Source: Scyliorhinus canicula
Lineage: Eukaryota
Assembly: GCF_902713615.1 (NCBI RefSeq)
Contig: NW_024056027.1
Span: forward strand, 124,001-188,000
Direction of reading: 5' to 3'
DNA: 64,000 bases
The number at the start of each line of letters is the position of its first letter. Position 1 is the first letter of the stretch. This document shows, one piece after another, positions 28,061 to 40,400 of the stretch. The notes beneath the pieces were generated by a model. That model saw only the letters and a program-made list of their open reading frames with translations, did not search any database and had not been told where the DNA came from. The translations under genes were made by a program, and so were the position numbers.

Positions 28061-29419
28061 ACCAAGCAAATATATAAAATAATTTATAATATCGAGACAG
28101 ACAACAGGAACATGGTCCGGTATAATATTAACAGAGACAGGCCCTGGTGTGATGTAAAGAGACACATTCCAGTGGAATATAAAAGAGGCGGAACTTAATG
28201 TAATATAATAATATGCATGGTTAAGTGTAATATTAATTGAGTGTGGCACAAACAGAGCAGTGTAGTATAGACAGGGACAGGATTTACTTTAATTTAAATA
28301 AAGGCAGAGTCTCATTCAACTTGAGAAGAAACAGATTTGACGTAATACAGTGACATAGAAAATAGAGCAGGAGTAAACCACTCTGTCCCTGCTCCGCTAA
28401 TCATTCTGATCATGGTTGGTCATCCACATCAGTAACCTGTTTCCACTTTCCCCCCTGTCATTTGGTCCCTTTATAGCTTTGATCCCCAAGAGCTTTATCT
28501 AACGCCTTCTTGAAAACATAGAATACTTTGGACTCAACTTCGTTCTGTTGTATAGAATTCACAGATTCACAAATCTCAGGGTGAAGACATTGCTCCTCAT
28601 CTCAGTCCTAAATGGTTTACCCCGTATCCTTAGACTGTGACACCTTGTTCTAGCTTTGCCGGCCATCGGGACCATCCTTTCTGCATCCGCCCTGTCTAGT
28701 CCTGTTGCAATTTGATCGGTTTATAATCAGAGCGGAAAATGAATTAATATCTCATTAATCAGTGTTCTCTGTTTTCTGACCCTTCTTCCAGTGAATTAAG
28801 TTTCTTCCTAACTAATCAAACAAAACCATTCCGATTTTGACCATTTTCACCAGGCCTTCCCATAACCTGCTGGGATATAAGGAAAACAATCCCAGCTTCC
28901 AACCGCTCTGACCGTGCAGCTGATGCTATGAGAAGATCAGGTTGTACATATGTTTCTGCCTTGCTTGCATTTAGGTGCTATTTTTGGAATAACTGATATT
29001 TTATATGGAGCCAATGGACATCCCATTCACCATTACCATTGTGTCCGAATAAGACCAATACTAATAAAAGACCAGCCTCTGAAAATTAAATTGACCCAAG
29101 TAAGACTGGACCCAGAGTTTGAACTTTAGATACACTGAGCAATATGTCAGAATGTCAAAATACAAACCATGATAGGTTAACAGTCTTGTCTCAGTGGAAT
29201 CCATATCACCTCCCACAACAGATACCTGAGCCCATGATCCAGACCTGTGATCCAATGCAGGAGGAGTGTGTTATGTTCAGTTGTTCCATCTTTTAGATGT
29301 GATGATTTCAGTCTTAGGGGTAGTTTCGCAAGATTATTACAAAACTGGTAACCTGGAGGCCTGAACTAATACTCCAGACACAGGAGTGCAAATTCCTCCA
29401 GGGGATATTGCAATGCTGT

Positions 29420-30105
29420 GAACGATTTTGGTCTCCTTATGTAAGGATAGATATTTGGGGACAGTCCTGAGAAGGCTTTTTAGGTGATTCCCGGGAATGG
29501 AGGGATTTTCAAAGGCAGGTAGCATTTCACAGCACAGGAAGAGGCTCTTCGGCCCATCGGTACTCTGTCTGTCAGCAAATAAAGAAGAATCCGGCCTTGA
29601 ATCACAAACCTTGCGGTAAACAGCCAAACACGCTGACCAATTGCACCACAGAGACTGACATGAGGAGGGCTAAAGTAGGTTAGGACTACACGCATTGGAA
29701 TTTAGAAGAATGAAAGGCGAAGTTACTGATATTTATAGTTTTCTCAGGGCACTTGCCAGTGTAGATGTTAAAGGTTGTTTCGGCTTGTGGGAGGGTCTAG
29801 GACCATAGGGCACAATCTCAGTGTAAGGTGCCACTCATTTCAGACGAGGATGAGGAGGAATTTCTTTTCTCAGAGGGTAGTGATTCTCTAGAATTCTTTG
29901 CCATAGAGAGTTGGCCTGGTCAATAAATATGTTCAAGGCTGAGACAGACAGATTCTTCATCAGTAAGGCAATCAAGGGTTATGGGGATAAAGTGGAAATA
30001 TGGAGTTGAGGATTTTAGCAGATTTGCCACGAACTCATTGAATGGCAGATCATATTACATGGGCCGATTGGCCAATTTCTGCTCCTAGATCTTATGGTTT
30101 TATGG
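29420..30105 (+). mobile_element. Decayed CR1 3' fragment; the paralogous copy at about 23820-23920 lacks roughly 570 bp of it
   Basis: CR1 3' coding/UTR motifs, and comparison of the junction with duplication copy A. Confidence 0.7.
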
Positions 30106-33074
30106 CAGCTCTAGATACTTTCAATTGAATGACTTAATCAATCAGAAAAAAATCGACGTGTCATTTATAATACTTATGAAACTATCGAACTTTTGCAACG
30201 CCCAGCAGGTTCAGCAACATCCTTCAGGAGAAGAAAGCTTCCTTCCTTACTCTGGCCCATATGTGACTCTAGTTCAGCAATGATGTGGTTGACTGTTAAC
30301 TATCTCTGATATTGCCGAGCAAGCAAGTCAGTTCAACGGAACATGCTACAGAAAGTCAAATGTCAATAAAATCGCTCGAAGTGCACCTTATTAAAAACGT
30401 GGTTCACATCCGGCTTCTCAGGATGGACAGTTAATGCTGACTGTGTCACTGATGGCTATATAGCGAGAATGAATCCAAAACTGTGCAAAGTGCTGCAGAT
30501 TCTGGAAATCTAAAACAAAATCAACAAAAAAGACTGCTCAGCAGGTCAGTGAGCATCAGCAGAGAGAGGACCAGAGTCACATTTCGGGTGGATTACCTCA
30601 CTGATATAATTCTAAAGAGCAGAGCTGCTTTTCCCAGTATCTTGGACCAATGTCCGTTCTTCACCTAAAATCACAAATTAGCTGGTCACTTATCACATCT
30701 CCATTTGTGGGAGCTTGCTGCGCACAAATTCCCTGCTCTGTTTCCAACATTGGAGCAGTGACTAAATTCAGCAAAAATATTTCAGTGAGTTTTAAGGGCG
30801 TTGGGATGACCTGAGGTCGGGAAAAGCGTTTTACAAAATCAAGCTCTTTCCTAATGTTAACATTTTTAAATGCAGGTTGTAATATGTCGCAAGATCTGAG
30901 ATTGATGTGACAACAGATCAATCCTCTGCCTGATGTTTCAATTTATTTACTTTAAATCGGCTAATATTTCAATCAATTTAACATTCAGTGGAAAAGTAGC
31001 TGGTTAAAGATGCTTTATTAATTGAGGCTTCAGAACTTTCAGAATGAATACTTTATTTAAAGTATGTTTTATTTGAATTAAGTAACATCTGTTCTAATGG
31101 AAGTTTCTATTCATTTTAACCAACTGTCAATATTCTGAAAATAAACCTCTATTTTCAGTTGAAACTAATCAATAAGTGACTGTGTTTATCTCGTTTTGCT
31201 GACATGAACATTTCACTGTGACCAGTGGGGGTTTTATGTAAATAAACACAGAAATAGAAGTTCCAGATTAGATTGCGGACTGAGAAAAGCAAAACAAATG
31301 TTTCCCCACCAACACAGCACAGAAATAGAGACAAAATTGCAAATAGATCAACGGATTCCAGCAGTGTTTGTTTTTCGACATTTTTTTATTCATCGGTTAT
31401 ATGAGAAAAATGTCATTATGATATCCATGTTCATAATTAGGAAATATTCCCTCTAATATCTAAATATAAGGGCATGCCAAGTGTGTTAGTAGAAATGTCC
31501 TGTATCCTATCTCTCTGTGTCTTTCTCATAACTGGTTCTATCTCATGTCTCTCCACGAAGGGTCATTGTCTTTAATCGACATGTGGCCAACACTAATAAC
31601 AATTTTACTGTGAAAAGCCCCGAGTCGCCACATTCCGGCACCTGTTCGGGTAAGCTGGAACGGGAATTGTACCCACGCTGCTGGTCTTGTTCTGCATCAC
31701 TAACCAGCTGTCTAGCCCACTGAGCTAAACCAGCACTCTCACCCCGTTGGCTTCCAACTAAATGGATAGAATCGAATCCGATGAATTGGAATTTCATTGG
31801 AAGCTAAAATGAGGTTGGAGCATTCAATGACCTTGGAGTGTTTAATGAGAACTGTAGAGACAATTTTCCTCTATATCTGATTTGGGATTCACATGGTGGT
31901 TGAGGATTTGACGTGGCAGGGCCGAAGAATCTTTCCTTGCACTTAATCAAGCTGCCAGGACATTGGAGCATTTGATTGCCCAGGGTAGAGCAAGCTTTAC
32001 TTGCCTGTAACCTGCACTGAACCTGCCCTGTGAGTGTTGGACATGACTGTGCACAGGGAGATTTACTCCGTGTCTGAACTGTGCTGGACCTGACCTGGGT
32101 GAGTTTGATGGGAAAGTGCAGTGATTTCTTTACCCAGTAACTAACCCCACTGTCAACCTGTCTTGAGGATCTCTGAAGGAAGAGTGCAGAAGAGGTTTTG
32201 CCTGGTATCGAACTCTTCGTTTCCAGGCAGTTAATGTGTTTGAGCGAGTTATGTAGAGGGAATTTAATTGTACATCTAAACAATCTATAGCTGCTCTGAG
32301 AATGTTTGATGGGGACAGTGTGAGGGAGTTTCTCTTTGTCTCCAACCTGTGATGCACCAGTCCTGCGAGTGTTTGAAGGGACAGTCGTCCCGGGCTCTGA
32401 ATTGCACCAGGCCGTGAGCCCGTCTCTGTTTATATTATACTACCTTGTACCTGTGTCAGTTGATATTAAATAAGGACCTATTTCTCTTTGTTCATATTAA
32501 ACTAGGCCACCAATTAGAGGACATGTATTGATCAATAAGGCGTTCAGGAGTTATTGGGAGAAGGCAGGAGAATGGAGATTAGGAACATATTGGCCATGAT
32601 TTAATGACGGAGCAGACTCGATGGGTCGAATGGCCTAATTCTGCTCCGATATGTTATGGCGTTATGGACCCAGTTTGTCTCTCTTTACATTAACCTAGAA
32701 CCTGACTCTGTTTCTATTAATTTAAACCTGTCTCTGTATTACATTAGATACAGCTTCAGTTCTGCACTGGGCCATATCTCTGTTCATATTACATTGGACT
32801 CAGCCTCAGTAATTGCTGCGGTAGACCACGCACAATAATATGGAAAGTGGCTGAGGTGGAAATTGTGAAGATTTTAAAAAACTGAGGGAAGAGTGAGAGT
32901 CTAAAATTCTTCAGCAAGCAATGCTGATCTATGTCCAGATAAACAACATAGTCTGGCTTGTCAGCACCCTCGATGCATCTACATACAAGCGCAGACCTCC
33001 CTGATCTTCTTGCAGCCACTTCAAATTGTTCAACTGAACTATTGCTTGTGCGTAGTGCAATAAACTAAGGGAAT

Positions 33075-33300
33075 GGAGGGGCAGCACGGTGGCCTAGTGG
33101 TTAGCACAGCTGCTTCACGGCCCTGAGGTCCCAGGTTCGATCCCGGCTCTGGGTCACTGTCCATGTGGAGTTTGCACATTCTCCCCGTGTCTGCGTGGGT
33201 TTCACACCACAACCCAAAAATGTGCAGAGTAGGTGGACTGGCCACGCTAAATTTCCCCTTAATTGGATAAATAATTGGGTAATCTAAATTTATAAAAAAA
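33075..33300 (+). mobile_element. tRNA-derived SINE with TSD AAACTAAGGGAAT
   Basis: A/B boxes, A-rich end and flanking direct repeat. Confidence 0.9.
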
Positions 33301-35627
33301 ACTAAGGGAATTGAATAGTTGTAATTGTGTAACAGAAACAAAGGACCATTAGATAAATAACTGAGACAGAACCTAATTTTGCAGCAACATTCATTCTCTT
33401 CACAGCAGGCACACAGTAGCTGCATTGTGTAACATGGACGGGATGCACTGCAGAAATTCGCCAAGAATTCTTCAACAGCACCTTCCATACCCGAGACCTC
33501 CGAGAATCACAAGGGCAGCAAGCACATGGGAACACAATACTCTGCATCCTCCTACACATACAGCTCTCTGGGTAGGAATTGGTCTTGGGTACCGGCAACG
33601 ACGTAATGCCAACTGAAATCAAATTATGTTGACTGCACTGAAAATGAATATCAAATGTTGCATAGCACACACTGTAGACACTATACATCCCGTTTCAGGC
33701 TGTTGCCATCTACTGATTTCTTGTCCAAAATATCTATTTATTATATTATCTTTCCATCTCAAAGACATGTGGAATAATGCCCCCACAATTCAAAACAGAT
33801 GCATCATCTGGTGCATTAATAAAAGTGAGCAGGTCTCGGAAAAAATAGGCAGATTCAGGATCAAATATAGAATCCCTACAGAGCAGAACGTCACTCGGCC
33901 CATAGCATCTGCCCCGACCTCTGAAAGAACATCTTCCCCAATCCCCTGCCCTTGCAACATGACCTGCGCATCCCTGGACACTAAGGGGCAATTTAGACTG
34001 GCCAATACACCGACCTACGTATTTTTGGATTATGGGAGGAAACAGGAGCATCCGGAGGAAAGCCACTCAGACACAGGGAGAAAGTGCAAACTCCACACCG
34101 ATCGCCAAGAATTGAACCCTGGAGCTATGAAGCAGCAGTGCTAACCACTGTGCCATCATGCCGCCGATAACATAATCAGAGACTGGGCCTAGTGCAATAT
34201 AAACTGAGTTCTGGTCCAGCGGAGTACCGATTGATACAAATTGAGACATGATCAATGCAGCAATAAGAGGGATATCGTACAGCACAAGAATAACAGGGGC
34301 AGGGACTAGTGTTATATAAACAGGGACATGGACAGGTGTAGAATTAACTAAAGCAGCATTGAGTTTATTAGAATCTAACTATCTTGTCGAGTAATAACTG
34401 AGACCGAACCACGTGATGCAAACAGAATGTTGTTCCAGTTACGATGCACAGATAAACGTTCTGATGCTGTAACCATTGTGACGCGTTTCCTGCCAGACTG
34501 ACCGAGACATGATTCAGTGCAGTTATTATTAATGATTTCTAATATAAACAGGGCGTGGGCCTGTATATTAACAACTGATATTCAGCCGAGTGCAGGGAAA
34601 CTGAGACATGACCTGCTGCAATGTGATAGAGACACGGCGAGTGTAATGTAAACAGAGGCGGAGGTTAGGTGAATGTAAGCTGAGAGATATGTTTAAAATG
34701 ATTTAATGGCATCTTGGTGTCACCAGTAACGTCAGCATTTGATGCCAATTCCTAATTGCCCTTGGGAATGTGGCGTTGAGCCAGCTTATTGAACCATTGC
34801 ATTCCATTCTGAGCAAGTCCACCCACAGAGCTGATAGGAAGGGAGTTCCAGGATTCTGACCAGTGACAGTGAAGGGACAGAGATATTGTTCCCATCTTCT
34901 GCACTGTAAATTCTATGATTATCTATGAAGATGGTGTGAGGCTTGTCGGGGAACTTGCAGGTCCTGCTGTTACAATACGTCTGTCGGGCCTGGTCCTTTT
35001 AAATGTCTGAGTTCGTGGGTTTGGAAGGTGGTATAGAAGGAGGCAGTTGCTGCAGTACATCCTTGTATATCGCTCACGCTGCTAGAATTGGACACCCATG
35101 ATGCAGGGAGTGAATATTTCAGCTGGTGGATGGGGTGTTTCTCGAGTCGGCCGCTTTGTCCAGATGGCGCTGAGATTCTTGAGTGTTGCCTGAGGGCCGC
35201 ACTTCAGACAAATGGAGAATATTCAGTTAAACTCCTGACTTCTGACTTCTAGATGGTGAGTAGGGGTTGGGAAGTCAGGAGGTGAGTAACACACCGCAAA
35301 CTTTCCAGCCACTGACCTGCTCTTGTATCCACATTATTTAAATGGTTCTTCCAGTGCAGTTTTTCATCAATGCTAATGATGGTGGGGGATTCTATCAATG
35401 TAGTGTAATTTAAAATCAAGGGGAGTTGGTTAGCATCTCTATTTTTGGGGTGGTCATTGCCTGACACTTGTCAGCCCAAGCCTGAATGTTGTCCAAGTCT
35501 CACTGTAAATGAAGACAGACTGCTTCAGTATTTGAGGAATCGAATATGGTGCAGAACATTGTGTAATCATCAATGAACATCCCCAATTCTGACCTTATGA
35601 AGAAGGGTGAAGCTCGGGCCGGGGGCA

Positions 35628-37938
35628 ATAAGACCATAAGACCATAAGACCATAAGACATAGGAGTGGAAGTAAGGCCATTCGGCCCATCGAGTCCACTC
35701 CGCCATTCAATCATGGCTGATGGGCATTTCAACTCCACCTACCAGCATTCTCCCCGTAGCCCTTAATTCCTCGCGACATCAAGAATTTATCTATCTCTGC
35801 CTTGAAGCCATTTAGCGTCCCGGCCTCCACTGCACTCCGCGGCAATGAATTCCACAGGCCCACCACTCTCTGGCTGAAGAAATGTCTCCGCATTTCTGTT
35901 CTGAATTTACCCCCTCTAATTCTAAGGCTGTGCCCACGGGTCCTCGTCTCCTCGCCTAACGGAAACAGTTTCTTTGCGTCCACCCTTTCTAAGCCATGTA
36001 TTATCTTGTAAGTTTCTATTAGATCTCCCCTTAACCTTCTAAACTCCAATGAATACAATCCCAGGATCCTCAGCCGTTCATCATATGTTAGACCCGCCAT
36101 TCCAGGGATCATCTGTGTGAATCTCCGCTGGACACGCTCCAGTGCCAGTATGTCCTTCCTGAGATGTGGGGCCCAAAACTGGACACAGTACTCCAAATGG
36201 GGCCTAACCAGAGCCTTATAAAGGCTCAGTAGCACATCGCTGCTTTTATATTCCAACCCTCTTGAGATAAATGACAACATTGCATTCGCTTTCTTAATCA
36301 CAGATTCAACCTGCATGTTTACCTTTAGGGAATCCTCGACTAGCACTCCCAGATCCCTTTGTACTTTGGCATTATGAATTTTCTCACCGTTTAGAAAGTA
36401 GTCTATGCTTGGATTCTTTTTTCCAAAGTGCAAGACCTCACATTTTCTCTCGTTGAATTGCATCAGCCATTTCCTGCACCACTCTCCCAAACTGTCTAGA
36501 TCCTTCTGCAGCCTCCCCACTTCCTCAGCACTACCTGCCTGACCACCTAACTTCGTATCATCGGCAAACTTCGCTAGAATGCCCCCAGTCCCTTCATCCA
36601 GATCATTAATATATATGGTGAACAGCTGTGGCCCCAACACTGAACCCTGTGGGACACCGCTGGTCACCGGCTGCCATTCCGAAAAAGAACCTTTTATCCC
36701 AACTCTCTGCCTTCTGTCAGACAGCCAATCCTCAACCCATGCAAGTAGCTCACCTCGAACACCATGGGCCCTCACCTTACTCAGCAGCCTCCTGTGTGGC
36801 ACCTTATCAAAGGCCTTTTGGAAATCCAGATAGACCACATCCACTGGGTTTCCCTGGTCTAACCTACTTGTCACCTCCTCAAAGAATTCTAACAGGTTCG
36901 TCAGGCACGACCTCCCCTTACTAAATCCATGTTGACTTGTTCTAATCCGACCCTGCTCTTCCAAGAATTTAGAAATCTCATCCTTAACGATCGATTCTAG
37001 AATTTTACCAACAACCGAGGTTAGGCTAATTGGCCTGTAATTTTCCATCTTTTGTCTTGATCCTTTCTTGAACAAGGGGGTTACAACAGCGATCTTCCAA
37101 TCGTCCGGGACTTTCCCTGACTCCAGTGATTTTTGAAAGATCTCAACCAACGCTTCCGCTATTTCTTCAGCCACCTCTCTCAGAACTCTAGGGTGTAGCC
37201 CATCGGGGCCAGGAGATTTGTCAATTTTAAGACCTTTTAGCTTTTTTAGCACCATCTCTTTTGTAATGGCAACCATACTCAACTCAGCCCCCTGACCCTC
37301 TATAATTTTTGGGATATTACTCATGTCTTCCACTGTGAAGACAGACGCAAAGTACTTATTAAGTTCTCCAGCCATTTCCTCGTCTCCCATCACTAGCCTT
37401 CCGGAATCAGTTTGAATTGGCCCAATGTCTACTTTGGCCTGTCGTTTGTTTCTTATGTATTGAAATAAACTTTTACTATCATTTCTTATATTACTGGCTA
37501 GCCTGCCTTCATATTTGATCCTCTCCTTCCTTATTTGTCTCTTTGTTAACCTCTGTTTGTTTTTGTAGCCTTCCCAATCTTCTGAATTCCCAGTGCTTTT
37601 GGCCACTTTATAGGATCTCTCTTTTTCTTTGATACATTTCCTGACCTCCTTTGTCAGCCATGGCTGTCTAATCCCTCCCCGGATAATCTTTCTTTTCTTG
37701 GGGATGAACCTCTGTACAGTGTCCTCAATTATGCATACAAACTCCTGCCATTTTTGCTCTGCTGTCTTCCCCACTAGGGTCTGCTTCCAGTCGATTTTCG
37801 CCAGTTCCTCTCTCATGCCCTCGTAATTACCTTTATTTAACTGTAACACCATTACATCCGATTTTGCCTTCTCTCTTTCAAACTGCAGACTGAACTCAAC
37901 CATATTATGATCGCTGCTTCCTAAGTGTTCCCTTACTG
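35628..37938 (-). mobile_element. Young 5'-truncated CR1 LINE with an open ORF2 frame (RT), 743 codons
   Basis: ORF 35729-37960 contains KSPGPDG, NYRPISLTS, YLDFQKAFDKVPH, GVPQGSVLGP, KFADDTK and HLEYCVQFW. The 3' tail is an 8-bp repeat, (ATAAGACC)n on the + strand at about 35628-35660. Confidence 0.95.
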
Positions 37939-38979
37939 GATGCTCCTTGACATTATTCATGAAGTTGCTGATGATCGAATGCGGACTGATGGGCCAATAA
38001 TTGGCCGGGTTGGATTTTTCCTGCCTTATGTGGACGGGTCATGTTTGGCAATGTTACACATTGTTGGGTACATGTCAGTGCTATACCTGCACTGGAGCAA
38101 CTTGTCTGGGGCGCAGCCAGTTCCAGGCCACACATCTTCAGTATTGCTGCTAGAATGTTGCCAGGGATAATGCATTAGCAGCGCCGTCAGCCGTTTCTTG
38201 ATATCGTGTGGAGTGAATCAAATTTGCTGAAGACTGACATCCATGATGATGCAGACCACCGGAGGAGGTCGAGATGGATCATCCTCTCGTCACCTCTGGC
38301 AGAAACTTTCAGTCTTGTTTTTTGCACTGATGTGCTGGGCTCCCGCATCATTGAAGAGGGGAATTCTATCGAGGCTCCTATTCTGGCCTTTTGTTTATTT
38401 ATTCATTACTATTCAGGACTGGATGAGGCAAAACTGCAGAGACAGATCCTGCATATTGAAAATAGGATCACATTGATTGTGTGATATGAACATTGACATG
38501 CACTGGTGCAGTATTAATTGAAACAGAGTGTCCTGTGTTATAAACAAAGGCAGAGTCTAGTCTAACAAAAATACAGATGGATTCAAATTTAAAATTAACA
38601 GAGACAGGGATCAGTGCAGTAATTATTGAGGCAATGTCTGCTTCATGTAATGCAAGACATCTGGATTTAAATTCCATCTGCTGGCCAAACTTTGCAATTG
38701 CAGTTGCTGTGAAAATGTCGCTGTCAGGTATAATCCATGATATTGATGTATCCATTATCCATTTCCACAAATGTAATATCACATCGCCTTCTACGGGTGG
38801 TGCCAAAATTGAAGGTGTAACTAATTGCAGGTGTCCGTGGCTGATTCTCCCACATTGAGTTCAGCACTAGAGCAAAGCGGCTCAATTCCTGGTAAAGCGT
38901 TTTTGTTCATCTTTGTTAAATAGAGGAATGTTTACCTGGGCGTTGTGTGGAGTCCATGGTAAATGTAACATTCATCTAA

Positions 38980-40400
38980 CAAACATAGTGTTGGGGAGAG
39001 TTTATTGATTCATTATACCACCTGCAAAATGGTTGTCCGAATTGTGTCCGAAGCTTCCCAGGGAGTTCACATGGGATTTTAGTTTTAAAGGGGAAATGTG
39101 GGTGTCGTGTCAGACAGAGATAATGCGTGTGTGGGAGACTGTGTGTGGGTCCTGGTGGCTCACACCAGCCCACCGGAGGTGTCGCCATTTTTTCAGTTTG
39201 CAGCTGGTGCCACCCGATTGTGATGATCAATGTTTAGGTTTCGGGACATTATATCACACTTGGAAAAATGCTTGAAGCGGGATATCGGCCTTCCGCTGGG
39301 TGCGTAGCTCCGGCTACTTCGCAAAGTGGAAATTCCTTGGTCGTGTGACTATGTCCCATTTAGGGACCAGACTGGAAATGTGCAAACCATCTCCTTTTAA
39401 TTGTCTTGAAGAGACTTGCAAACTCTGTCTTTGAGAAAACTGCCGCATTTCTGATTTTGTCCGGCCAGTAAATATCCATAATGCATTGCGGACAACAAAG
39501 ATGACATTGGCTGCGTTATTTTTCTTGACAGGTGCAGGTGTTCCTGTTTCACAGCCATACAAGAAGGTTCTGGGCGTTCAGGCCTTATAAACCATCTGCG
39601 TGTTTCAAAGGGTCAGTTTGATGTTATTCCATGAGCATTCAATGAGTAAAGCAAAGGTCGTATCTGCTTTCTCCATGACAGCATCATATTCTACATCAAG
39701 GCAGTCTCTCACCATGGAATCTCGAGAGCAGAATCTGCTCACCGGCTCTTATTTAGTGTGACCATGGCGAGAGTGCAACACCTTGTCCCACTGCCACGGT
39801 TTTCCTCATGTGTATGTTAAGGAAGAAAAAGTTACAAGGCACTGAGGACAGAGTCCATGAGTTTGCAAGTGGGTTCATCCATACCTTCAGGGAAGGCGAA
39901 GATCAGCAGCATGGAGAGGAATCTGCCGAATAGAGTTGGGTGTGGTACGAGGTCCTCTTTCATTCAATTATTCACTTAGAATCATTCGGAAGTGGAATCA
40001 TCAATCAGTACAGTGCAGTGCATTTTGCGATGGAAGGAGTGAGTGCGACAGGGGAGCTTAGGCAGACAGCCAATTTTCCCCAAATCATATAGTCCCCATT
40101 CCGCTGACAGTGTCAAATTTGTATTGAGATTGACGAACGTAAGGTGAAGAGGTAGGCATGTGGTATAGGGAGCAGATCATGTCCAGAGTAAATCTTGCGA
40201 CGCAAACACAGCCCCTTTCTTCCAGCAACATTCGGCCTGCAAGCAGGTGAAGTGTTTAAACTGTGACCATTGGAAAGGCCTTCCCAGTGCTGCTATGAGT
40301 GAGATATGCCAATAGTTGCTGCAGTCTCCTCTGTCCACTATGTTTTCAGATATTGGTTATGATTTTGCATCATGAATCTCCTGTGGGATGGGTTATATCT
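38980..40400 (-). mobile_element. Possible highly decayed L1/Tx1-like LINE 3' region
   Basis: Minus-frame FVVRNALWIF resembles the ALW motif after the Tx1 zinc knuckle. The support is weak. Confidence 0.3.

Larger units (their letters stand above)
20440..31940 (+). repeat. Old tandem segmental duplication: copy A about 20440-25640, copy B about 25640-31940
   Basis: Collinear similarity throughout, e.g. 20701 vs 26361, 21580 vs 27100, 24600 vs 30790, 25540 vs 31855. Each copy has its own SINE/LINE insertions. Confidence 0.88.
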
